In this document: piece by piece, positions 35,950 to 49,320 of the stretch
Layout: the number at the start of each line of letters is the position of its first letter
Numbering within the stretch: position 1 is the stretch's first letter
NCBI GenBank assembly: GCA_036172245.1
Contig: JAYWIR010000022.1
Span: forward strand, 2,480,001 to 2,544,000
Source: Raillietiella orientalis
Taxonomy: Eukaryota
Reading direction: 5' to 3'
Length of the DNA stretch: 64,000 nt
The notes under the pieces: generated by a model
Databases searched by the model: none
What the model saw: the letters and a program-made list of their open reading frames with translations, nothing else
Told to the model about the DNA's origin: nothing
Position numbers and translations under genes: made by a program

Positions 35950-38900
35950 GAGCTGCATGAAATAGTATTGTGATGATTATTTAAGCATTCATATTTTATG
36001 AGATCGCATAAAAGTATAACATCTCGAGAATAAAGCTTTCGTGCACTCCCTGAAAAGGCTGATTGAAGGATATGGGTTTATAGTTAAGTGATGGGCAGTA
36101 AATAGAAAATCCAAATCGAAATAGATGACTAGTGTATCCATGACGTAGATGAACATCTTAAACTGCAGAAATTCTTGGACCTAAACAAGAATATGCTTTC
36201 AAAGAGTCATACGTAAATATGAGTAAAAATTAAATAATAGTAAACAATCATTAACTGTTGAGGGAATTTCGTGTGTCCTTGCTTTCCACATGAAACTGCT
36301 TCCATAGTAAGGCTTATATGATCCAGGTGCAAATTTCATTCAAAAATATCCTTTGGATATTTCCAGAATGGAGTATACAGTTTATATGTCGAATAGAAAC
36401 TCCAAATGATTCTTTGGTTTTCTGACAACTACAATAACCACGTTATATGAGAGTCTCTGTCTTACATTTTCAATGAGAATGGCAGTTTACGAGGCACTTC
36501 ATCAAAGTGCACATTGATTGGACTCTAAAAATCTCGGTCACTTATACTAGATGATAGAATATAGATTATAAGGAAGCATGAGCGACAGCAAAAGTGAGCA
36601 ACAGTTGGAGTTAAAGCACGTTAATGCAGGTGTCACGAGGGTGTGACTTTGTAAGCTAATCATTCATGTTGCTTGAGATGCACTGTAGGTAAATGGTGAA
36701 AAAATTTCACAACAGTTGGATTGAAGGGACAGAATTGGCAATTAATTTTACAAGCAATTCTGTCCTCACATAAAGGTATCCTCAGATTTTCATTTCTATT
36801 TGGCATTTGGTCTTTCACCAATCATTGCGACCAAAGAAATCACATGTTGAAGTCACTGATTGCTCATAACAACCGTTCCGTGATCCAAGTATCAATTTTT
36901 TCCAAAATTTCACTTCTGAAAACTTGGATTTTGTTTCGGAGATGGAATCTTTTCAAAGCAAATGCGTATTCGATTAATAAGAGAATTTCATTTACATAAA
37001 GTAGTATAAACAGATCTTTCGTTTAGATTTGGATGCAAATCAGAGTAGATTCAAATCAGAACGTTATTTGAAAAATAACGTTCTGATGTGAATACTGACA
37101 CAAAGTTGCAGAACAAATCTGATACTTATACAAAGTTCTCTTAAAGTCACTTCTAAGCTTGTCAGGATCATCGTGGAATGTGGAAATCGTGGAATACTCA
37201 TCGTGGAAAGCTGAAAGCATACAAATGAAGACTTCAAGATAATAGTATCCAGTATGATTGCATATTAAATTAGCATATCGATTCCTCAAACGTTCACTGA
37301 TTTATTTGGATTGTGCGTGCACATCATATGTGTAAAGTTAATTAATGGCATCCTGTTTTTATGAAGTGAATTATTACATCTTCATTATTGAAAGCTGCTG
37401 ATCAGAAAATTTAAAAGCGGACTTCCTTCCAAGCTCCCAATTATAATTCGGAGACGGAAGAATTGGAGGGAAGGAAATATGGAAAACTATAATCGAGACG
37501 GAAGAATATATTAAAAGTCATTAAAAAAAATTAGGTAAACGAGTATTTATCCCTCTGTATTCGATGTGCAGAAGTTAAAATAAGTACTAAGTCAAGGAGT
37601 TGGACCTTGATATCGATAAATTTGTTCAAAATTCTCTCAAAATTCTCTTCAAAATTCAACATAGCTATGCAGTAATGTTTTTTGAAATCCTAATCCATAA
37701 ATTGTGCAGGTCACCACATTGCATTTATCTTCGTTGAACATACTCGTGGTTTGGTAGAGCATCAAATGCGTATGAATGAGACTTTCATTAGGATTGCTAT
37801 AACTTGACCTCAGTCGATCAAGTAAAGCACCATTCATTTGATAAAACTTAATAGTGAATGAATAGTACCATGAATTTAAGTATATTGAAATTGGGATTGT
37901 TTTCATATCGAAATGCTAAAGCATTGAAATTTGCATATCGTCAAATCATCAGAAGAGATAGTAATTAAATGCCAAAGATTTATAGAACACTGATTTATTT
38001 ATTATAAGATTCAAATGATTTATTGTTCTCAATATCGCTTTTTTTCAGAAAGTGTTTGGCCATCCTCGAAATTTTACTCATTTGACAACAATGACATGCT
38101 CCAGCCTCCATTTATGACATGAATTTGGCTGAATCATAGAACATGGAAAGGTTGCAAGCTGACATTTTTATGACGAGTGCAATATGCATCATAATGAAAT
38201 CTGAAGTGTTACGTGGATTAATGAAAAACACGTGAAACGTTTGCTTCCAGGAGCCAACGATTTTTAGGCATAATTAAGAACGAAATCCATGTAGAAGAAT
38301 ACCGATACATCATCCGAAAGAGTTTGGGCTTTTGGTTTCTGCGTGACTTGCAAATCACTGGCAGGTGCAGCATTTCAATCCAACGAATTTTCCGTTTTCG
38401 CCAAGAAACGTAATGGTAAGAGAATCGTGTTTATCAAACTAACGGAGAAATTCATATCACGAACATTAGCAGTTAATTAATTATCGTGTATTGTGATGAA
38501 GCTCTAGAACGAAGTGCAATGTAAGCAGTTTGTGAATTACTTTTTTGACTAAGTTTAGCTGCTTCAGTAAAGTAAGAAGAATGATTTTTGAAATTCAGTA
38601 GAGAATCCCCAGCTGGAGATTTGAGTAGTTTGCTTCCTTTTCTCTTGTTCCGTGTGCAAATTCTGTAAAAGTAAGCTGCTTTTGTGTAATTTCAGCTTCC
38701 GAAATGTTAACCTTAACGTTCTTGAAAAATTTTTGGACTCAAATGTGGTGGCAATGTGCTGTCATCTTTGCAGCATGTCGAACTTGTCGAAGTTGAAACA
38801 ATTTGCTTTCTCCAGTATTGCATTTTGCTGGCTCAAGATTCACCTCAGCTCTCAACTTATCAGTGAATGGCTGTATTTGCGCAACGAAAATTTCCATCAT

Positions 38901-39000
38901 CCCACCTGGCATATTCACTCTTGCTCGACAACAGGATGGTACACTTCATTGCTCTGACCCATCCTAATAGCAGCCTTTCAATCCCAAGACCCACGCTGCT
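35950..39000 (-). mobile_element. Highly degenerate Ty1/Copia gag-pol relic
   Basis: A CFNFDK knuckle remnant (~38790), EVFICM..KRTLYKYQ (cf. EIYM..KSLYGLKQ; ORF 37056-37289) and PRFLES (cf. LSRF..P, ~36530), in Copia order. Confidence 0.45.
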
Positions 39001-39899
39001 GCTTCCTGAGAAAATCGCAGATCCACTCACCTATAAACGTCTACGATTTAGTTATTCAGGCCAAACTGTAATCTATTCTCGAGACCATTATTCCAATGTT
39101 TGTGTAGACAATCTCTATTGTTTTTGCGCATGACCTCAAGATAATGAGTGGAAAGTTTGGATTATAAGCCCACTATCCACTCTCCCCTCCAACTTTCTAT
39201 AGTTTTTTCGTTTCGTATGGTAGCGGTGTAGGCATAAACACAGGCATTCATCTGAGAGTACTTTTAAGTATTTTATTTTCTTTCTTTCTTACGATTTTCT
39301 TGCTTAGGAATAAATCCTATTTTTTTTCTGGTTCACCGTATTGATGCTCTCCGTATACATTTATCGATATCACGTTGTTTACGATTGACCATTCTTTTGC
39401 AAACTAGAAATGCAATGTTGGTAAGTTATTCCACCTCATGAGAAAAAAAATTTCTTTCAAGATTCCTCTTCTTTTAGTTCCAATCTTGTTCTCATGTTTT
39501 CTCGCAGATTTCTTAAACTTGAGGCTCATGATGCAAACAAAAATACTTCGAGAAATCAGCACCACGATAGCTTCAAAACATTCCAAGGAAGAAATTTCAC
39601 ATGAGAGAATATCACATAGAAATCATCAGTTCCTGATGATTTCTATTCTCTTAGCAAAATCCAGTGCTTTAGAATTCGAGTCTTGGGCATCCACATTGCT
39701 CTCCTTTGTTGGTTTCCATGGAGTGCGATGACTCTTCTCGATTTTCGGATCGCCATATTTTTTTCTCTCTTTGCAAGTTTGCAATTGCAATTAGAGATTA
39801 ACATACTTATGCGATAAGGCAAAAAGTGACGACTTTCTTGATATCAATTAGTGCAATCTTTGCCTGTTTATTATCCATGCTGCCTGAAATAATAATAAT

Positions 39900-41200
39900 A
39901 ATAAAAAGAACGTTGCAGTAATGCAAAAGATTTCCTTAATCAACCATATTTTTATTAAATGCTTTGCCGATTATCTTTTAGTACTAACGCGACGTGCTTT
40001 TATCTGTTCGTCACACGAATATTCTATGATTCCACGAAAACTATATTCTGTGATTCTTTTTGTTCAGCTGTACAAAGTTCCTCTTCATTTTTCTAGCCAC
40101 TCTTACGAGAACTTGAGCAAGAGATTCAAGAGTTGCGAACAAATTTATTCGTGAAAGAAGAAATTCTTAATAGAGCTTTGGTAAGTTTCATTACGTACAC
40201 TTAAAATAGAGTCAAAATCAAGCTGATAGAAATAGGTTAACCATATTTTTTTTCTTCTTTAGTGATCAACATTTTTCAATCTTGCTTATGTTTATTCTCC
40301 TGAATCGTATTTGCTGTTTGATTTTCACATGCATGAGTAATTACAAGCAATCAAAATGAGAATACCAAGGGATCATGACAGAATTCCAAGGAAGACATGT
40401 TAGATTAGAAATTACGGTTACTACATCATTCACCTACTGCTTTTCTTGGAATCCTGGAAAAAAATATATTTATTACAAGAGCCACTTTAAAGGCTTGATA
40501 CTCAAGGAAGCAGATGAGTCCGAGATGCTATTCGATACATACTTTGAACGTTTTCTTCGTGAAGGCATCCTTAAGTATTTTTAAAAAGCATTCAGTGAGT
40601 GTTAATGTTAGCGAATCATTTGTTAGAGGATTCTTCTATGAAGGTTACTTGCACTCCCACTTCTGTTCCTCGGACAGAATATGTCGCATTACACTATTGA
40701 AAAGAAATGGATATGCCAATAAAAAAGACCATCTGCCTTCAAATAATGACGGATGGAAATCACACACACACACACACACAATAAGGTTTTTGTAAGGACA
40801 AATTTTGGTCTGCAATCATAAGCGATCGAAGAAACAAGTAGTTACTGAAATCTCTGACTTCAGAATCGCCTGCAGAACGGATGGAAAGACTTCCACGACC
40901 TTGAGAGCGAAAAAGCTGAAAAGATGCCAGCATTTCCGATCTGTTGGTATTTCTGATCTTCACAGTGGGAGGATTTCTCATCACATGAAGGTTGGGGAAC
41001 CAAACGTTCCGGTTGGCTTTCAGGACAACGAAATCCGAAAGAAAAAGGAAGATTGCGTTTCAAAATCGTCTCCATAAACAGAAACACAATAGTATGGATT
41101 TGGAAATTGTAGCTCAGTTGATTACGTCAGCGACCATCTTCTTCTCTAGTTCTCTCTCTTCTCTTCTTCTCTAGGAGATTTTTCGCACAAGGAAATTCGA
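39900..41200 (-). mobile_element. Highly degenerate Gypsy-like gag-protease-RT relic
   Basis: CFC knuckle remnant (~41080), protease-like PTVKI..GRGSLSI (ORF 40760-40984) and EFCHDPLV (cf. S.W..P+V, ~40370). Confidence 0.4.
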
Positions 41201-41599
41201 CTTTCCCTACCGCCTTGCTGATGTGTTTTTTTTCTTCGAAAAAGACCTTTTACAAATATATGCAAAAACTGGGATCTTTGGGTTCAAATGAATTCTCACG
41301 ACCGGAGGATAAATGCCAGCTCCCTCTCGCAGTGATTTCATTTAAACGCTTCCATAATATGATATTTGATCCAGCGGTCCGTAAACCTCTCTCAAATACA
41401 ATGAACAACGTTGGAAAAAAAGCTCCTGGGAGAAATAATGGGTGATGCCCGTAAGACGTTATCCATTTTCGGCCAAAGTACGTGAAGATGCAGCTGCTTT
41501 TTAGGAATTATAGTATTCGGAATCTACTGGTTATTAGCCATATGAGGCGTTTATTAGTTACAGTGAGTGATGTGTTTACAGACATTAAATATAGGTGGA

Positions 41600-44500
41600 C
41601 TGGAATCCCTGAATGGTAAGACTAGCGCAGTGGCAAATGCTAGCGGTCTTAGATGCTGCCGCTAACACATGTGAGGTATTCCAAGCACACGATATGAACG
41701 TAATTTTTCTTGACACCATGTCCATTTCACTTCATGTGAGCTTCTCACTAAAGGATCCAGAAGAAACATGGAAATCGACTATCATATGAGAAAGAAGAAA
41801 GCAAAGACAGAACTGGGTACGTGTAAACCACTTTTGGTTGCAAATCATAGTGAACCTTATCAACACGTGCATTTCGTAGATGGGGACATCTGTTTATTCT
41901 CTTTCATTGATTTGTAGCAGTCATCAAAATTTTCATGCTTTTTCGCCTCTGAAGCTCTACTGAAATGAACGAAGAAATCTCAAAACTGAGAAGTGGACGA
42001 GGCATCAGAGCTTTTGAGGTCTGCTCTATGGAGGTGGAAGATGTACCGGAGCTCAGAAGGCAACACGTGACTTACAAACTGCTAACGGTCTCGAGATGGA
42101 AATTGCTTACCTGTCCTATTACTGGAATTCCAGAAGACTGGCTTATTCGTCCATTCTTTTTATAGAGTGTACCTGGAAGTGCTCTTGACTTCGTGGTACT
42201 GTTTCGTTTCCATCTTTTGCGATTGCTACAGGTTCTTTGCCAGACAAAGCGGACACTGAAAACTAGGCTCACGAAGAAGAAAAACTCTTCACCAATTGAC
42301 ATGGGACAGCTTTCACAGCGTAGTCATTCCCAGTAGACACCTTGGACACCTAGTTTACAGATAACAATGATTGCTTGTACATACTCCTTAAGAGCGCATG
42401 ACTTTGAGATTGGAGGGCATCTACCACTTCCAATAAGAAAAGAGATCTCGGAATCTGAAGTGTCTGAGGCATCATCATCGACTGTTGATGTCTTTTGCAT
42501 GGATTTATTGCAACGGAACATCCTCTGCAATACTTTCAGACAGGTTTCTCCTTGTTGTAGAAGCGCCTGGATCACCTGGAGAAATATTTGCTTTCTTTGG
42601 AGAGAGAATACAAACGGCGCTCGAGCGCCTACTTCGAACAGAAACTGAACAACTGGGACACTCTCATAAAGGAAATCCAGTCCGTTTCTCATTTATGGAA
42701 GGACAGTGTAACGTCTGTGGCTCTACGGATCTCGTGCAGGCGGTTGGACGATTTCGTGAGCCATGAATGGCAAACGTTTATGAGGCTCAGGATTATTGAG
42801 GATCATCGAGGGCATCCAAACAGGTTAGGTCCGTTTCCCAGAGTTGTGGACAGAATGCTTAATGAACGACGCGTGTTCCAAATCCTCCCTTGGTATCTGA
42901 TTTATTGTGCAAAGCACTTGGGTAACCACTGCCTTCGGAATATTTTCAAACGGGGTGAGATGTTAATCCACACTGCATTCGGAGTGATTATGTTCTACCT
43001 TTCTCTGTTACCAAGACACTTCACTTTGCTTTTTCTTACCCAAAAGTGATGAGTGAATGGCTCATGCATTTTGCGGTTTTGGGTGAAGGGCGGGTCTTGA
43101 TGCTACTTACCTGGAGAACAGAAAACGTTTGGGGAACACGGAATCAGAGTGCGCTGCATCCCAACTATTGACTATCCTCTGCTCTTGATGATGGTCTAGC
43201 CTAAAGGAGGAAAAACCACATCTCACGTGATGCGTCACTGAATCCACCTTTCCTTGATTATCTTTATTTTGCATTGCTATACTTGCAGAGTTAAGCTTTG
43301 CGGAGTTAGGCCTTGAGTTCGAATTAGAAGCTGCCCCTCAGAAATCCTCATGGCAAAACAAAGGAACGCCAGCGATCCTTGGGATCAGAGTGTTCTTGGC
43401 AGTGTTGCGGAACCGCTACTACTTTCGTGTTTCGCTTTTAGTTGCAGAAGATCTTTAATCTTGATTGTTGTTGTAAATCTCGTTCTTTAATCAAGCAAAG
43501 GAGTGCTTGAAATCGGAAAAGAGATCACCTCCTCCCTTGATTCGCCCTCAGCTACTCAGTCCCATTTGCCAAGCTTGTCAAACTCATCACTCAAGGGAGA
43601 TCACATGCCTTTGTTCCAAAATGCATCATGCCCATAACGATATTGTTCTGGTGTGATTCCATCTAGCTGTATTTTCCGGGGATTTACAAATGCCCATCTT
43701 TTTGTTGGCTTCTTTCTGTATTGCGACTGCACCTTTGTTCTCTTCTTTCCTGGGCAGTTTCAAGAATCTCATTAGCTGAGGGAGTCTCCCGGCTTTCTGC
43801 TGCTCCAGATCTCGCTCTCACGAGAATCCTCAAGTACCAGGAAAATAAAGATGAACGCGTAACGCAACAGACGTTTTTGAAGGCAATCCCATCCTTGTCC
43901 AGGTCTTCACGAGCATTACTGTTCTGCGACTAGCAGTGAGTAAGGCAGAAGTCACGGCAAGGAGAGAACCCCTGATCGGAATTTTGAGGTCAGAATTATC
44001 TTCCAAGGTCCGTTCAGACTAATTTTTTGGTGCACAGCTAGCAAAGTGGTATTAGGGAAACTATTTGCTCCAGTATTCACGCTCAAGAGTGCCTAAATTG
44101 AAATGAAGTCGAGGAATTCTCGATGCGTGGGTCTTCGAATCTTCCATTTGTTTGCAACGGCTTTGACTCCTGTTCTTCCCCCGTTTCGTTCGGAAAATCA
44201 GGCATCACTGCATCACGATAATTCAAGAAGCAAGAGAGCTTTTCAATGAGGCGACGCGTTTCTCCTTTTCATTGGTTCCTCCTTTTCTGTGCAGGCTTTG
44301 AAAGTTCTCTTTCACATAAGAAAACTTGACAGATGAGGATGGATGATCAGCGTTGTCAGTTCTGAGGGGAAGACCAAATCCAAATGTATCCGCCTCCTTA
44401 TGAATGCCAACATCGATGATCTGCTGTAAAAAAAAATGTTTCTTCTGCACGCGGAATTAAGCAAAGACAGAGGATAGAAGAGGATCTATGAATCTTCGAA

Positions 44501-45800
44501 CGATATATGCAACCCTGTGGCTTTCTGTGAGGTACCACAAAAATCTACTGGCATCTGCAGGATTCTGTGGAAAACGGTCCTGTCGAAGGCTGATTAAGAA
44601 GTGTCGGATTGCTAGGGTGGAACATCAAAACATTTGTTAGTCAAGAACTGCAATCACCTAGGGAATAATTGGTAATGATGATCGCTTCTCTCACTCAGGA
44701 TTCACCTCTGGTTTGTGAATTTTTGACCAGGTTTCTTGAAGTTTGTCAGGCTGAGTTTACCTTTTAGGACACAAATCATGAATGTACATCTGTGTGGGGT
44801 TGAAAATCCATGGAGATTTTCGTCGGTATTGCAATCCCTTCGTTCCACATGTTCTTGTCAGCCGCTACGCCACAATCCGGAATCTTCGCTGCATTCATTT
44901 TTCAAAACCAAAAGCCTTCAAAAGTGTACCCCTCATCCTGAGTTGACCTGTCTGTAATGCCTGCCTGCTGTTTCAGCATCTGTCACTGTTGAGGAAGCAT
45001 TTTCATTTCTTTGAGTGATTCATTCGGAAAGCAAATTTATGCGACATGAGCTATCTATCCCATGATGTTGTATTTTAACATTCGTATCAAAGAGTTGCGT
45101 AACTCACTGTCTGCATGATAAACTCAGGCTTGACTACCTTTAAAGGGCAGAAGCTTAGTGGAAGCCTCCACCACCGTTTTGAAGACATTGAAGCGAAATG
45201 ACGAAAGCAGAATCTCCCGTCTCTCGATGCGTGGAGCGTCTACTGCCGTTTGCTTGGATGATGACCGTTTCATGAGACTGTTTCGGAAATCTGCGTTTGC
45301 CCAAAAAGTTTTGACGATTCAGCAGCAATCCATGATGCTGTCATCAATTTGTTAAATTGAACTGCATTCCCTATAGCTACTCGAACCGGCCAATGCTGTC
45401 GCTAGCCATGTATGAAAGAAACATCTGTCCAGAAGCAAAAAGGTCCCCGACAACTTCCACGTGAAGATCAGCTGCACAGAGCATCAGCTGTCTCCGTCGA
45501 TCCACTCAGTCGGGTTGAAAATTTCAAAGCGTACGAATCGGTGATCTGAAAACACTTCTGCTTCTGCACTCTGCTGCGATTTTTCCCATTCCATTTCGAT
45601 TTTTGGCTCGTAGCCTTCCCTGGTTCCATCCCACGTTCTTCGCTCACGCATTTCACAATGTGCGCTGCGAGAATAGGTTGTGCTGCACAGCACTCCTTCA
45701 TCCTATCATATTCTATGGGGTAGGTATGGGGTAATTCGCCTTCGCTTCTGGATCTTCTGAATGTGCGATTGTGGTTCACGTGCTTCTCCATTTCCTTATC
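41600..45800 (-). mobile_element. Second decayed non-LTR retrotransposon, probably RLE/R2-NeSL type
   Basis: RT remnants KSP..DGITPEQY (~43660), GFLRG (~43340) and KVDSVTH (~43240). ECCAAQPILAAHIVKC finger-like motif (~45670). The single-ORF-like layout resembles 1480-5200. Confidence 0.55.
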
Positions 45801-46739
45801 CCTCCAGATTTATCATCCTACATCATTTAGTATCCTTTGTTTTGGAGGTATTCTGATGAATCAGTCGCATTTCTGTTTTTTCCCAATTAGCTCTGCCAAT
45901 TCAGGAAAAGCGGTAGTTAGGGAGTCACCATAGACCGCTAAAATTACAGTCTATCAGTAAGATCCAGAAACATAACACCCGGGAGGGAATGAATAACGAA
46001 TGGAATAACCAATTTTGACTTTCATTTCTTACTATTTGTTCTTGGTGCTGTTTGTCTTTGTCTACATGTTCCATTTATTTGTTCTCTGTAATGAAGGCAT
46101 CTAAAGCATCCAATCTCCCTAGATTTACGAGGCATTGCAGTTGTTCTGAAAGAATCTAGAGAAGCACTAACCCAATAGATTTTTAAATCTCGAAACTCTA
46201 GGATAAACTTATTGTGGATAGTGATTCGTCCATCTGCAACATCTATTGATGACATTCATGATGTCGATCAATTGATTAACCCTAGTAAAGTATGTTCGAG
46301 GTGAAGGTGCTGAAATCGTATTGACTCCTTGTCGTGGATCACTCGATTAAAACTGTACTGTGATCAAATGTTCGTCATAACAATTAAATAACAGTCATAG
46401 CTTAATTACTCAAAAGTTGCAGCTTAATTACGTCGTTTGCCATTTACGTGATTACCGCAGCACATTGTGGCGTGGGGGGAAAGAAGGATAGGTGGTATTA
46501 AATGGAACTGCCGTACGCTCCTGAACAACAGAGTTGGTGGAAACTTATGGGAGACCTCCCCATTTTCAGGAGCCACGGGTGAGAGAAACCGTTCAATTGT
46601 TTTGCCTCCCTCGAGCGAGAGCAGGGGAACTGGGCCTTCCAGCGGTGCCAGTGACCTGGAGACCATGAATTCTGCAACCAAGTCATCAACCGGGAAAGAA
46701 GCAACCCTCCAATCACCCGATACGGCACCTTCCCTTGCG

Positions 46740-49320
46740 AGAGCAGGTGAAAGGGGATGCGCAGACCTAACGGAAGGAAGGAGTTGCGTGCGTGCTCCAC
46801 CCGCTTTCACTTGCAGCATCCAGGCTGTCTCCGGGCAAGCTCGGCGCGGAGTTTCCGTTGTTTCTGTGCTGCTCTCCGATGATGCTTTCCGGCACCGGTC
46901 GCGCATGCTCCACATGCATTGGGGCAACAACCCAGGTGATGACGGGCGTTCCGTGTAAGCAAAGCTGCTCCCTGCTCTGGGTGGCTTGGCGAGCCACCTC
47001 AAGTCGGGGAATTTCGAGGATGTTCCAAAGCAGATCTCCTCAGGAGCCGCCACTTCCGGATTGAATGAGAATCCCACGGCAACGCGGCAGAGTCCAACTC
47101 AAAAAAAAAAAGCAGTTGCGCTGAAACCAAAGAGTTGACGGTGCTGCTTCCGGTGTGATATGGTTGAGGCGAAACGGGATCGAGAGGACGCGACGCGCCC
47201 GAGACAGCAGAATGACTGGGAATCGTCTGCTGTCGAGCTAAACGAGAATTTGCTCTCTGCGTAATCCGTGCTTTTCACACAGCTCTGAGAAGCAGGAGGT
47301 GAGCTGGAGCCGGAAGCATTTCGCATACGGGCAGCTGCGGGATGACCACACCAGTGGGACACCCGAGAATGGGAACATCGGCGAGAAAACTCCCGGCGCC
47401 GAACGCAAGGCCGCGGATTCGAGCTGAGACCGTGAATCCTCCCAGCAGACCTTTAGCGAACCATGGACCTCCCATCATCCCTGCTCCTTAACACCCTCCG
47501 TGGAGCAACTCTCTTCTCCGACAACGGACAGAGATGGGTACAGAGGGGCAAACGACGGTGGGATGTGAAGGACACCCTCTCTCTCTCTCTTACATGCGTC
47601 AAACATCCTGAAGTGATGAGAGCCTCGTGAAGATCCACGTCCTGTTCACGTGTGTCCGTCTCCCTTGGCCCTCCGGTTCAGCGGTTCTCTGAAAGCATGA
47701 GGAAATTTGAAACCGAGAGCGACAACCGCGGGCATGGGAGCTCAGGAGGGTTCGCCTTCTGTGGCGTAGCCAACCTATGACGGTGCAGTTCTAGAGGGTC
47801 CCCGTGGTGTTTCCTTCCAACTCAGGTTCTCGCAGCGGTCCCAGTGGTTTGATTACGGCTTCGATTGCGTTGAAAGCAAACGACACAGCTTGGAGCAGGG
47901 ATAGAAGAAGAAAAAAAAATTGGGATGTTACTCTGCGTATGATGATCGTACCCACCTCTCGAGCGGTCAGTGCTGACAACGGTTCACTGCCCGAAATCCG
48001 GTAACTTTAAGAAACGAGCAATATGCATGTTTAGGAATGAAGCGCCATCTTTGAGGGAATCGCTCACCTTGTCTGTCTCTTTGATCTCACGTTACTCGTT
48101 CTACTGGATGTTGACGACCACTTCTTGCAGGTACATGAGAAAATACATCAGCTCGAACCTTCACTTCAAAGAAGACTTGGGATGCCTCTCTCGCATCTGC
48201 CAAAAATACAAACCGCCCCTAGAGATGGGAAAGAGCATTTTGCTCAAGCTAGAAGAAGGAAGAAGTTCCCTCGCCAGTGATGCGGCGGATGCACAGGAAA
48301 TGAGCTGATTTTCGTCCAGAGAAAAGCACTTCTCTACAGTTTCGTTGAGGCCTTCTTTTTGTTTTCTTGTCGCCACTCCCTTATTGACATCTTGCTGAAG
48401 TGTTGCAGAGATAGCCTCCGGGATTCATCGATGCAGAATTCTAATGAAAAGCAAAACAAAACAAAAGATGCTGTTACCTCGGGGAAAAAGGGGGGAGGGA
48501 TTCAGGGAATGGGGCTTCAAGAATTCATGAATAATAAATTTCTTTCAGGAATCCATCAATCCAGCAGAATCTTAGCGAATGTGTTTTCTTGCTTGCCTCT
48601 GCACGATTTTCAGTCATTTGATTTGGCTCTCAGACATAAGCGCCAGCGATGTTTCTTCTCGTATTACACGTCTAGCCCGACAAATCTATTTTCAGATAAA
48701 CGCCTTCTAGGAGTGCTTCCTTGATGCGAATAGAGAGCGCCAATTTTGCTGAACTCTTTTGAATTATTTTCTCTCCCTAAAGAGCCATCCAACAGTTGAC
48801 TGCTGTTCGAGTTGACCTTATCTGAAGGAGAGTAGAACTTTTGACTTGGGTTTTCTCTCTATCTCTTACTCTTTTGGTTCATTCTTTACAACAAGTGTGA
48901 AGACATGATGTCGGGCAGATCGACAAAATCAGCTGCTCCGTTCCTTTAGAAAAGCATTTCATAAAAGCACAAGATGCTTTGCAGATTTTTTTTTGACACC
49001 TGCAGGGCTTTCATTCCTGGAGATCCTTCCGAATCTTCGATGGGCATCGCGATCTTGCCCCTTCGACTGCCAAGTTGAATTCAATCCGTGTTGCTTGCTA
49101 TCTTCTTCTTATCTAATTATCCAACGCCTGTATCCTAGCGAACGTCTGCACTTTGCCTTCGGGAATTCATCCAATAGAGACATGATCTGTAGAACTCGCC
49201 GTTCGTATTTCTCCGAAAATTGCACGACCCCATTGAATCTCGGCAAAAGTTGGAAATTGGACGGGAGAAAAAGGATCGAGAGGAAAAGCAAAAGTCTTTT
49301 CCACATTTTCAAGCTTCACC
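46740..49320 (-). mobile_element. Degenerate DIRS-like element (RT-RNaseH-tyrosine recombinase)
   Basis: RT-like STWQSK..AMPI..SP (~49050), RH/MT-tail-like TIIIRRVTSQFF (~47930), YR N-terminal PWFAKGLLGG (~47455) and YR C-terminal GDSLDAASESGWSTHAT (cf. GVSLD.I...GWS..STF, ~46800). Confidence 0.55.

Noticed and set aside
46399..46431. Similarity to nematode SL1 (GCTTAATTACTCAAAAGTTGCAG)
   Set aside because: Short AT-rich gapped match with no donor or Sm site, opposite in orientation to the adjacent element, and explained by a local 11-bp direct repeat.
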